Position numbers and translations under genes: made by a program. DNA of 64,000 nt from Nemertoderma westbladi. Lineage: Eukaryota > Animalia > Xenacoelomorpha. The notes below the pieces were generated by a model. It had not been told where the DNA came from. It saw nothing but the letters and a program-made list of their open reading frames with translations, and made no database searches. Every line of letters begins with the position of its first letter. The first letter of the stretch is position 1. Location of the stretch: positions 5,342 through 69,341 of the forward strand of contig JAUCBJ010002852.1 in the NCBI GenBank assembly GCA_032718475.1, given 5' to 3'. Shown piece after piece: positions 29,596 through 41,900 of the stretch.

Positions 29596-30920
29596 AAACA
29601 AAAATATTTAAGAAAAATGAAAATAAACAATGTTTGTATAAAAACGAAAATAACTGACGATTTTTTAATACTCCTTTTCAAGTACCATTTAATCGCAATA
29701 ATATCTCAAATTTTGTTAACATATTAGAAGAAGTATCTTACTATTAAACACTGTTTTATTAGAAATGTAGAATTAAACCAAACGCAATTCACAGGGCGTT
29801 GTACTCGAATATAGCTATGATTATAACTTAACGATACCTATAATATTAATTAAAAAATCGGTCTAATTAAATATCGCAAATATGCTAAAGTACATAATAA
29901 CATAAATAAAAAATAAACAATCGACACAAACAGAAATTGATTATCATATAAGGAAGAAAATAAAAGCATAATTATATATATTATTATTGAATGATTGAGT
30001 GAAGTCAATTACGCTTTAGTTAGAAAAAAATTAAAACTCTGCTTAGAAAAGCAGCAACCAACATGCTCCCTAAAATATCTGAAACAAATATTTCACTCCA
30101 TGGATTACAATGAAGTGATATAAATAGTTACTTTTTTTACAACACGGCATGGCATAGGCGACATAATTTTGAAAGACTTTTCAGAGTTCCTATATTCGAA
30201 TCCGAATAAAATCGAATTAAGTTAATTTCAATTAAATTAAATTAAATTCAATGACAACAATTAATACTCAACTCTTCCACTCAGTGCAGTTGTATCTTTG
30301 GCATGCAATTAAATTCAAATTACTTTAATAACCTGAATTTTAAATGACATCCGAATTTCAAAACTATCAAGAGAGATACGTTGATGCCTTTATGTAAATT
30401 ACAATTCCACAAACAGCAATTAATAGCTATCGCGTTATTATGCGAAACAAATAAGATTGTAAAATTATACAGATACATAAATAATCAGTATTTTTCCAGG
30501 CAGAGGTTTAATTATAAAATCAAAAAAACATAATTGACCTCGTCAACTGGTATATCTCTATTGTAAACCTACATTATTATGGTAGCATTGTAATATCATA
30601 CGTAATAAAATATAGCACTAGTTGAAATTACAGAAAAATACCAAACATTATTACTATAACAAACATATCAATTAATTGTTAATTATACAGTGTAAATATT
30701 AACTGCAGATTTCGATAATTATTCAACTCACTGGTTCCCAAATATATTTATTAATCAGTTTATCATCGGAAGAAGATAACTAAGTACATTAGGAAGATAT
30801 ACTTTACTTTATTTTCTCTAACAATACTATCAAATATTCCCACTTACTCCTCTGGAAGAGGTTAAATACAAAATGGAAATTTTTACACTGAAATATAAAT
30901 TTTTATTCCTGTAAACATTA

Positions 30921-31409
30921 AAAGGTTTACCAGGCTTTTGGTCAATGTTCCACAAGGTCAAAGATTCCACAGCCTGTACAAAGGTTCCCCAGTCGGGTCA
31001 AAGATTCCTCAGCCGGGTCAAAGGTTCCACAGCCGGTTCAAAGGTTCCACAGCCGAGACAAAGGTTCCACCGCCGGGTCAAAGGTTCCTCAGCCGGGACA
31101 AAGGTTCCTCAGCCGGGTCAAAGGTTCCACAGCCGGGTCAAAGGTTCCACAGCCGGGTGAAAGGTTCCTCAGCCGGGACAAAGGTTCCACAGCCGGGTCA
31201 AAGGTTCCACAGCCGGGCAAAGGTTCCTCAGTCGGGTCAAAGGTTCCTCAGCCGGGACAAAGTTTCCCCAGTTGGGTGAAAGGTTCCTCAGCTGGGACAA
31301 AGGTTCCCCAGTCGGGTCAAAGGTCCCACAGCCGAGTCAAAGGTTCCACAACCGGATCAAAGGTTCCACAGCCGGGTCAAAGGTTCCTCAGTCGGGTCAA
31401 AGGTTCCTT
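30921..31409. repeat. 20-bp minisatellite (AAAGGTTCCACAGCCGGGTC, ~24 units) abutting the 54-bp array
   Basis: Direct 20-bp periodicity, degenerate at the left end. Confidence 0.95.
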
Positions 31410-34400
31410 ACTGTCGCCTCACGTTCCATTTTGTATCCACCGAGGTGCATGTCATAGTCTTACACTGTCCCCTCCCGTTCCATTTTGTACCCACCGAGGT
31501 GCATGTAATAGTCTTACACTGTCGTCTCCCGTTCCATTTTGTATCCACCGAGGTGCATGTAATAGTCTTACACTGTCGCCACCCGTTCCATTATGTAACC
31601 ACCGAGGTGCATGTAATAGTCTTACACTGTCGCCTCCCGTACCATTTTGTAACCACCGAGGTGCATGTAATAGTCTTACACTGTCGCCACCCGTTCCATT
31701 TTGTATCCACCGAGGTGCATGTAATAGTCTTACACTGTCGCCACCCGTTCCATTTTGTATCCACCGAGGTGCATGTAATAGTCTTACACTGTCGCCACCC
31801 GTTCCATTTTGTAACCACCGAGGTGCATGTAATAGTCTTACACTGTCGCCTCCCGTTCCATTTTGTATCCACCGAGGTGCGTGTAATAGTCTTACACTGT
31901 CGCCACCCGTTCCATTTTGTATCCACCGAGGTGCATGTAATAGTCTTACACTGTCGCCTCCCGTTCCATTTTGTATCCACCGAGGTGCGTGTAATAGTCT
32001 TACACTGTCGCCACCCGTTCCATTGTGTAACCACCGAGGTGCATGTAATAGTCTTACACTGTCGCATCCCGTTCCATTTTGTATCCACCGAGGTGCATGT
32101 AATCTTACACTGTCGCCACCCGTTCCATTTTGTATCCACCGAGGTGCATGTAATAGTCTTACACTGTCGCCACCCGTTCCATTTTGTACCCACCGAGGTG
32201 CATGTAATAGTCTTACACTGTCGCCTCACGTTCCACTTTGTACCCACCGAGGTGCATGTAATAGTCTTACACTGTCGCCTCCCGTTCCACTTTGTACCCA
32301 CCGAGGTGCATGTAATAGTCTTACACTGTCCCCTCCTGTTCCATTTTGTACCCACCGAGGTGCATGTAATAGTCTTACACTGTCGCCTCCCGTTCCACTT
32401 TGTACCCACCGAGGTGCATGTAATAGTCTTACACTGTCCCCTCCTGTTCCATTTTGTATCCACCGAGGTGCATGTAATAGTCTTACACTGTCGCCTCCCG
32501 TTCCACTTTGTACCCACCGAGGTGCATGTAATAGTCTTACACTGTCGCCTCCCGTTCCACTTTGTACCCACCGAGGTGCATGTAATAGTCTTACACTGTC
32601 CCCTCCTGTTCCATTTTGTACCCACCGAGGTGCATGTAATAGTCTTACACTGTCCCCTCATGTTCCATTTTGTAACCACCGAGGTGCATGTAATAGTCTT
32701 ACACTGTCGCCTCCCGTTCCATTTTGTATCCACCGAGGTGCATGTAATAGTCTTACACTGTCGCCTCCCGTTCCATTTTGTACCCACCGAGGTGCATGTA
32801 ATAGTCTTACACTGTCGCCTCCCGTTCCATTTTGTATCCACCGAGGTGCATGTAATAGTCTTACACTGTCGCCTCACGTTCCATTTTGTAACCACCGAGG
32901 TGCATGTAATAGTCTTACACTGTCGCCTCCCGTTCCATTTTGTACCCACCGAGGTGCATGCAATAGTCTTACACTGTCGCCTCCCGTTCCACTTTGTACC
33001 CACCGAGGTGCATGTAATAGTCTTACACTGTCGCCTCCCGTTCCACTTTGTACCCACCGAGGTGCATGTAATAGTCTTACACTGTCCCCTCATGTTCCAT
33101 TTTGTAACCACCGAGGTGCATGTAATAGTCTTACACTGTCGCCTCCCGTTCCATTTTGTACCCACCGAGGTGCATGTAATAGTCTTACACTGTCCCCTCA
33201 TGTTCCATTTTGTAACCACCGAGGTGCATGTAATAGTCTTACACTGTCGCCTCCCGTTCCATTTTGTACCCACCGAGGTGCATGTAATAGTCTTACACTG
33301 TCGCCTCCCGTTCCATTTTGTACCCACCGAGGTGCATGTAATAGTCTTACACTGTCGCCTCCCGTTCCACTTTGTACCCACCGAGGTGCATGTAATAGTC
33401 TTACACTGTCGCCTCCCGTTCCATTTTGTACCCACCGAGGTGCATGTAATAGTCTTACACTGTCGCCTCCCGTTCCATTTTGTACCCACCGAGGTGCATG
33501 TAATAGTCTTACACTGTCGCCTCCCGTTCCATTTTGTATCCACCGAGGTGCATGTAATAGTCTTACACTGTCGCCTCCCGTTCCATTTTGTACCCACCGA
33601 GGTGCATGTAATAGTCTTACACTGTCGCCTCCCGTTCCATTTTGTACCCACCGAGGTGCATGTAATAGTCTTACACTGTCGCCTCCCGTTCCATTTTGTA
33701 CCCACCGAGGTGCATGTAATAGTCTTACACTGTCCCCTCATGTTCCATTTTGTAACCACCGAGGTGCATGTAATAGTCTTACACTGTCGCCTCCCGTTCC
33801 ATTTTGTACCCACCGAGGTGCATGTAATAGTCTTACACTGTCCCCTCATGTTCCATTTTGTAACCACCGAGGTGCATGTAATAGTCTTACACTGTCGCCT
33901 CCCGTTCCATTTTGTACCCACCGAGGTGCATGTAATAGTCTTACACTGTCGCCTCCCGTTCCATTTTGTACCCACCGAGGTGCATGTAATAGTCTTACAC
34001 TGTCGCCTCCCGTTCCACTTTGTACCCACCGAGGTGCATTTAATAGTCTTACACTGTCGCCTCCCGTTCCATTTTGTACCCACCGAGGTGCATGTAATAG
34101 TCTTACACTGTCGCCTCCCGTTCCATTTTGTACCCACCGAGGTGCATGTAATAGTCTTACACTGTCGCCTCCCGTTCCATTTTGTATCCACCGAGGTGCA
34201 TGTAATAGTCTTACACTGTCGCCTCCCGTTCCATTTTGTACCCAACGAGGTGCATGTAATAGTCTTACACTGTCGCCTCCCGTTCCATTTTGTACCCACC
34301 GAGGTGCATGTAATAGTCTTACACTGTCGCCTCCCGTTCCATTTTGTATCCACCGAGGTGCATGTAATAGTCTTACACTGTCGCCTCCCGTTCCATTTTG

Positions 34401-35878
34401 TACCCACCGAGGTGCATGTAATAGTCTTACACTGTCGCCTCCCGTTCCATTTTGTACCCAACGAGGTGCATGTAATAGTCTTACACTGTCGCCTCCCGTT
34501 CCATTTTGTACCCACCGAGGTGCATGTAATAGTCTTACACTGTCGCCTCCCGTTCCATTTTGTATCCTCCGAGGTGCATGTAATAGTCTTACACTGTCGC
34601 CTCCCGTTCCATTTTGTACCCACCGAGGTGCATGTAATAGTCTTACACTGTCGCCTCCCGTTCCATTTTGTACCCACCGAGGTGCATGTAATAGTCTTAC
34701 ACTGTCGCCTCCCGTTCCATTTTGTACCCACCGAGGTGCATGTAATAGTCTTACACTGTCGCCTCCCGTTCCATTTTGTATCCACCGAGGTGCATGTAAT
34801 AGTCTTACACTGTCGCCTCCCGTTCCATTTTGTACCCACCGAGGTGCATGTAATAGTCTTACACTGTCGCCTCACGTTCCATTTTGTATCCACCGAGGTG
34901 CATGTAATAGTCTTACACTGTCGCCTCCCGTTCCATTTTGTACCCACCGAGGTGCATGTAATAGTCTTACACTGTCGCCTCCCGTTCCATTTTGTACCCA
35001 CCGAGGTGCATGTAATAGTCTTACACTGTCGCCTCCCGTTCCATTTTGTAACCACCGAGGTGCATGTAATAGTCTTACACTGTCGCCTCACGTTCCATTT
35101 TGTACCCACCGAGGTGCATGTAATAGTCTTACACTGTCGCCTCACGTTCCATTTTGTACCCACCGAGGTGCATGTAATAGTCTTACACTGTCCCCTCATG
35201 TTCCATTTTGTATCCACCGAGGTGCATGTAATAGTCTTACACTGTCGCCTCACGTTCCATTTTGTACCCACCGAGGTGCATGTAATAGTCTTACACTGTC
35301 CCCTCATGTTCCATTTTGTATCCACCGAGGTGCATGTAATAGTCTTACACTGTCGCCTCCCGTTCCATTTTGTACCCACCGAGGTGCATGTAATAGTCTT
35401 ACACTGTCGCCTCACGTTCCACTTTGTACCCACCGAGGTGCATGTAATAGTCTTACACTGTCGCCTCACGTTCCATTTTGTACCCACCGAGGTGCATGTA
35501 ATAGCCTTACACTGTCGCCTCCCGTTCCATTTTGTATCCACCGAGGTGCATGTAATAGTCTTACACTGTCGCCTCCCGTTCCATTTTGTATCCACCGAGG
35601 TGCATGTAATAGTCTTACACTGTCGCCTCCCGTTCCATTTTGTATCCTCCGAGGTGCATGTAATAGTCTTACACTGTCGCCTCCCGTTCCATTTTGTATC
35701 CACCGAGGTGCATGTAATAGTCTTACACTGTCGCCTCCCGTTCCATTTTGTATCCTCCGAGGTGCATGTAATAGTCTTACACTGTCGCCTCCCGTTCCAT
35801 TTTGTATCCACCGAGGTGCATGTAATAGTCTTACACTGTCGCCTCCCGTTCCATTTTGTATCCACCGAGGTGCATGTA
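31410..35878 (-). repeat. 54-bp tandem array (~83 units) whose first unit is the 3' end of the glutamate receptor CDS including its stop codon
   Basis: The minus-strand unit TAC ATG CAC CTC GGT GGA TAC AAA ATG GAA CGG GAG GCG ACA GTG TAA GAC TAT reads [17 protein letters not shown] and is contiguous and in frame with the exon at 35964. Confidence 0.97.
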
Positions 35879-35964
35879 GTCCCTTGATGATGCGTGAGAC
35901 AAACCAAATCCTCCACGATTGTCCATTAATGATTCCGGTCGGTGCTTACAGTTATTGGGAATTA
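35831..35964 (-). CDS. GluD-like receptor terminal coding exon: (V)[43 protein letters not shown]
   Basis: Pyrimidine tract and acceptor ttttgtttattttctag, phase 1 matching the preceding exon, open frame ending in the T-x-V* PDZ-ligand pattern. There is no family homology for this tail, so it is inferred. Confidence 0.8.
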
Positions 35965-38900
35965 CTAGAAAATAAACAAAAATAAAAATATAATAGATAA
36001 GAAAATGAAGCCATTTATAGTACGTTCTGTGTCTAAATAAGGTCTAATGACGGTGCAATACTTATATGCTATAATACTGATCAAGGATGTTATTACGTTA
36101 CGTTACGGTATCTTTTCAGGAATACCGTAGCTCAATATTTTTCCGTAACGTAAACCGTAACGTAATAGCTTTTTCAATACCGTAACGTAATTTTACTGTA
36201 TATTCTTTCCGTAAACCGTAACGTAATAGCGTAATATTTGTTTAAGCTACCAAGCATTTTAATCATTTTGGACAAAAAAGTAAACCTTTCAACAAAAAAC
36301 TTTCACTTTCACTACCATGTTCTAGCTATTCAATATAAAGCTAAATGCTTTAATAGGTTTTGTTTGTCTGTACACGGTCTTCTTATAGCCAGCTTCCTGG
36401 CTTCTCCAGTTCTTTATGATGAAGTTTTAATTAATAATTAATTAATAGTTAAATTAAGTTTTAAGTAAACATTAAGTTTTAATTAATGTTAGGCTAACTA
36501 GGGCTACTGACTGAACTATTTATACTGAGTCTCTGCTCTATCCTAGCTGTAGCCTATAACAACGCAGTATGCTGTAATGCTATAGAGACATACTATAGAA
36601 ATTCGGTCGCATATTTGAATTGTAATGGATATTGTTATGCAGAGCCGATTGCCTTGTGTCAAGGTGTGCGACAAGGTGGAGTCCTATCCCCACTACTATT
36701 CAACTATTACATGACGGATTTAATTACTGAAATAGTGGAGAGCGGCCTAGAAGTTCACATAGCAAGGGAATCTTTTGCCATTTTAACATATGCAGATGAT
36801 TTACTGCTGCTTGCTACACTTAAATCAGATTTACAGGAAATGCTGCAATTATCGAGCTGCTTCCTCGAGAAACACAACATGAAATTGAACTTCTCAAAAT
36901 GTCACTTTCTATCCATAGAAACAGATGGCAGGTGTTCTACTAATGATAGCATAACCTTCTGCGGTAAAGTAGTAGATGCGGCTGATGGTTGTTTTTATAT
37001 GGGTCTCCCGCTACCTTCACATCGGAATAGGCGCAAAGATCATCTCAACACCAAAGTTTGGTCTAACCTTTCTATGTTAAAAAATCGGGGTCTAACTGTG
37101 GATCAAATAACGCTTAAAATCTCCAGCTTAGTTTGGCGTATGATATGTCTACCCTCTATATCATATGGGGCTCTAGCCTTATCCAACAATGAACTGACTG
37201 AAGTTGCAAGCAGCTGTAGGTCTGCCATGAGGGATATTATACACTTAAAGAGCTACATGCCAAATGCAGTGTTAGCTCAACTTTTTGACGACTTACTAAC
37301 TTTCGAGGACTATATAATACATTTAACACCTCCAATAAAAAGATATCTTCTTTCTTTGGGTCTTTACTGTGTGACCACTGGACAGACGAGGATAATAAAG
37401 ACTCAATTTTTACTCTTTATCAGATGTCCAGCTGGTATCATGACTTGCCACCACTGAATTCACTAGCTGTGCATCTACTCCCCTCAACACTGCATACAAA
37501 AACGGAAGAAAGAGTTGCAGCACCAAATCACTGATCGTGATATGTTCCTCACGCTGATTAATCTATCTCTCCTCAACAGGCCAGACATATGTCACTGAGA
37601 AAGGAGGTTTTGCAAGAGACTAATAAGATGGTCTTGGTGGGCTTATAACTTCTGTTTTCGCTGGACATACTTATTTAGTTAACTGCACATTCATTTCAAG
37701 TATTATTTTAATGCAATTTTAATGTGAATCCTTTTCAGCTAACTGCACATTTAATTCAGTTTAATATTTAAATGCAATTTTAATGTGAACCGTTTATTGT
37801 GGTTCTCTTTTACATATACTCTGCGTCTGCTCTATACATCAGATGTTAACTGCACATTCATTTCAAGTAATATTTTAATGCAATTGTAATGTGAATGCTT
37901 TTCAGCTAACTGCACATTTAATTCAGTTTAATACTTAAATGCAATTTTAATGTGAACCGTTTATTGTGGTTCTCTTTTACTAATTATGACTCTAATATAG
38001 CCGCCGGGGCGCAAGCCGGATAATAATAATAATAATAATAGATCATAGATTTACAGAACAGGTCAACAGGTTACATTGTAGGCGTACCTAAAGGTCTACC
38101 GCTACCTGTACGTCTTATTATGACAACCTATTACAACACAAGCCAAGCCGTTCTACCAATAAATTTAAAGTTATATTTTTGTTAAGTTAATTTGCAATTT
38201 CAAAACATTGAAACTATAATTTTCAGATTTTCAGACAAAGATAGCAGGGGCAGGATACGATACGATACGATACGATACGATACGATACGATACGATACGA
38301 TACGATACGATACGATACGATACGATACGATACGATACGATACGATACGATACGATACGATACGATACGATACGATACGATACGAACCAATTTTTCACAA
38401 TACAGAATGCAAATTTGAGAAAATACGATACGATACGAAAAAACCAAGATGCGATACAGAATACGAAAAAGTTTCGTATTTTTTTCGTATCGTATTTTAT
38501 CTAATAGTTGATAAAAAATATGTATTGTAATTTGTATTACACTTAGAAAATAATATAAATCTCTATAGAATAGGCAAGTATTTTTTATTTCATTGTTCCA
38601 GTATGCTTGCTACAGCAATAGTGTGTCTACTGTCTACAACATCCATAAGTTATGCAACGGGGCCCAATAGTTGGAATTACCATTTTATTACCAATATGCC
38701 ACACTTTATGCGTACTGTACTACTGCACTTAGTCCTACTGCCGTTATTTATTGAATAATTTTGAATTGGATGTACCAATGTGAAAAAAATTCAAAACTGC
38801 AATTTCGAAGTCAAACTAATAGAAGAATAAAACTATGTTTTATTTCAAAACAAATGTTTTTATTCTTAAATTGTCGAATAAGCTCGAATTTAGACCAAAA

Positions 38901-41900
38901 TAGGGAGAAAAAGTTTCACTTTTTTTTCCTAGGGAAAAGAAGTAACCCATAGGATTGCATTGATTTTACTTTTTTTCCCGGCTTAAATTTTATTAAATGT
39001 GTTGAAAGAGCATTAACGTAGAAATGGTTTGCACGTTATTTGAGCAAAATCCATTAACACACTCAAAAGTTATTGCAACTTTAGTGTTTGTGCGGCGAAC
39101 ATACCAATATTAGTTTATGTTGTTAAGCGGCTCTCTAGTTACGTAATAAATATTCGAGAACACTAAATTATTTAACATTGAGTAAGGCAGCATCAGGAGT
39201 TGAATAGTCCAGTAATTTGAATTGCAGTAACTATGGAAGCAATATAGTAAAATACTATAGTTCAATTTATTTTGTACTGTCACTATATCTCTGTACGTTT
39301 TATTAAAGAATTAAGTAATAATAATAATAATATTTAATCATTTGTATAGCGCCAACATTACCGGTAGTATTCTATGGCGCTAATCAGAGTTAGGTTAGTC
39401 AATTTAAATAAAAAGAAAACCGCGTAGAGTACATAATTAAGAAAAGTAAAAACAAAGTTTTTTAAAAACGATCGGCTAAAAATGAGTCTATTTTATAGGT
39501 GGGTGGGTAAACAGGTGAGTCTTTAGTTTTCCTTTGAATGATGCCTTAGACTGGATATCACGTAGCGAAGCCGGTAGTTTGTTCCACAGCCGGGGCGCGC
39601 ATACCTCGAACGCCCGCCACCCGAGAGTGTAGCACTGGAACCGTGGTTCGACGAGACTTACTGTGCTACAACTTCTAGTTTGGAGGCGATCGCGACTAAC
39701 TTTATGGAGCATTTCGATTATATATTTGGGAGCGTGGCCGACCAAGGCCTTGTGCGTCATCAGCAGTATTTTAAATTCTACACGTTTGCGCACAGGCAGC
39801 CAGTGGAGGGATTTCAACGTCGGCGATATATGGTCGTATTTGTGTACACCTGTAAGCAACCTAGCAGCTGTGTTTTGTACACGTTGGAGTTTCTGTAATT
39901 GGTAGCTTGGGACTCCATAGAGAAGGGCGTTACAGTAGTCTATGCGGCTAGTCACGAGAGCATGTATAATTGTTTCTGCGGCCTTAGTGTCGAGATATTT
40001 CCGAATTGAGCGAATGTTGTGCAGGTAGTAAGTATAAGTAGTATGCGGCGCTGCATGTTTTAGATATAAATTTATTCATTCTCATCTCGGAGTCGAACCA
40101 GGCTCCAAGGTTTCTGACCGATTTAACCGGTTCGATATCAAAGTTTCCAACGCGAATTGAGATTGAGGACAGCTTACTCAATTGAGATTTCGATCCGAGC
40201 AAGATAAATTCAGTCTTGTCGTCGTTTAGCTTGAGCCGATGTTTTAATAACCAGCTGCGCATCTCCGCGATGCAGGCTTCCATGGACTCTATGGCTGCTC
40301 TTTCGTTAGACGATGTTAATGGTTGGGAGGAGCAGTAGACCTGATGGTCATCAGCAAAACCGTGGCCAGCCAATGGTAAATGGTGCTGTATTACCTCCAA
40401 GAGGCCAGCACTGTAGTTGGGGAAAAGTGTGCATGATAAGCATGATCCTTGAGGGAAACCATATTCCAGTAGCTGATCGTCGGATGTGGCCCCTAACGTG
40501 GCTACTCGTTGGACTCGTCGGCCAGATAGGAAGGGCCGGAACCATTTGAGACAGGTGCCGCAGATATGAAGGCGATTTCGAAGGACGTTCATCAGTCGAG
40601 TGTGATCTACAGTATCGAAAGCGGCGCTGAGGTCAAGTAACACAAGTAAAGTTATTTGTTTGTTATCCATGTTTCGGAGAATATCGGATTGGACTTTGAT
40701 GAGGGCCGTTTCGGTACTATGATGTTTCCTATACGCCGATTGAAATATTGGCAATTGGTAATAGGTGTCAATGTGTGGCTGAACTTGAGCTATTACTGCC
40801 CTCTCAGTTATCTTTGAGATAAAAGCTATGCCACTACCTGGGCGAAAGTTCTTGTTTTTAACAGTTTTAATTGCATTTGTTGACCGATCTGAGGAAGGTT
40901 TTTTCGGTATTGGTGCAATTGTCCCAATTTTCCACAGTGGCGGGACCACTCCAGTCTCCAGTGATTGATTGACCATGGTAGTAATAGGCCGAATGAGAGC
41001 CGGTACACAAGACTTCAGTAACTGCGTCGGTAGGGGATCCTGTGGACATTGTTTATTCGGTGCAGTATTGACCAGTTTCGTAACTTCTTCTGCAGACAGA
41101 GTGTTAAAATTACTTACATAAGGATGCTGACGTGTCATCTGGGATTACTACATGGTCGTTTCCAATGACGTCTCCGTCGTCATTTGCAGCTGCTGCGTTA
41201 TCCAGTTCAGCACGTATGAGTTTAATCTTGGAATCGAAGTAATCTGCGAAATTGTTGGCAAGTTCTAGAGCATTATTATGTTGTGGGTATTTAATCACTT
41301 GATTTTGCTTAGATAATGATTTTATTACATTAAATAGCTTCTTTTGGTCACCTGAGGATGCGCCGATTAATCCACGATAGTATTCCTGGCGATCAGTTGT
41401 TAGTTTTTTTGCGTATATGTTTCGAATTTCTTTAAACTTAACTTTATCTTCTATTTTACCAGTTTTACACCACCTTTTTTCTGCTTTACGACGCTGTTGT
41501 TTTAGGCGGCGCGCCTCATGGCTGAACCACTTGTTCCCATCTCGTAGTCTAGTTGCTTTCGATTTTAAAGGGGCGTGTTTATCAATCAGTTTCGAAATTG
41601 TAAAATTATAAAGTTCGGATTTATTTACAATTGATAGATCGTCGAAACTAGGCTGACATAGTACCGATGATGTTATATCGTGTTTGAAATTGTTCAAGTT
41701 AATTTTTCCGATATTTCGATATTGAACATTGGTTAAGTTTGCAGATGGTTTTGGGATATCAATACAGCAACTAACAACTGCATGGTCGGATATAAAATAG
41801 GAGGGTTCGTCAACCGTGATGTTTAACTCGTGGCAGTTCCGTGTGAGAATGAGATCCAATGTGTTACCTGACTCGTGGGTTGGCCAATGAAGATGCTGTT

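Noticed and set aside
31276-35985. 1,441-1,569-aa ORFs in three frames over the 54-bp array
   Set aside because: These are stop-free alternative frames of a 54-bp unit; the frame that matches the spliced receptor has a stop in every unit.
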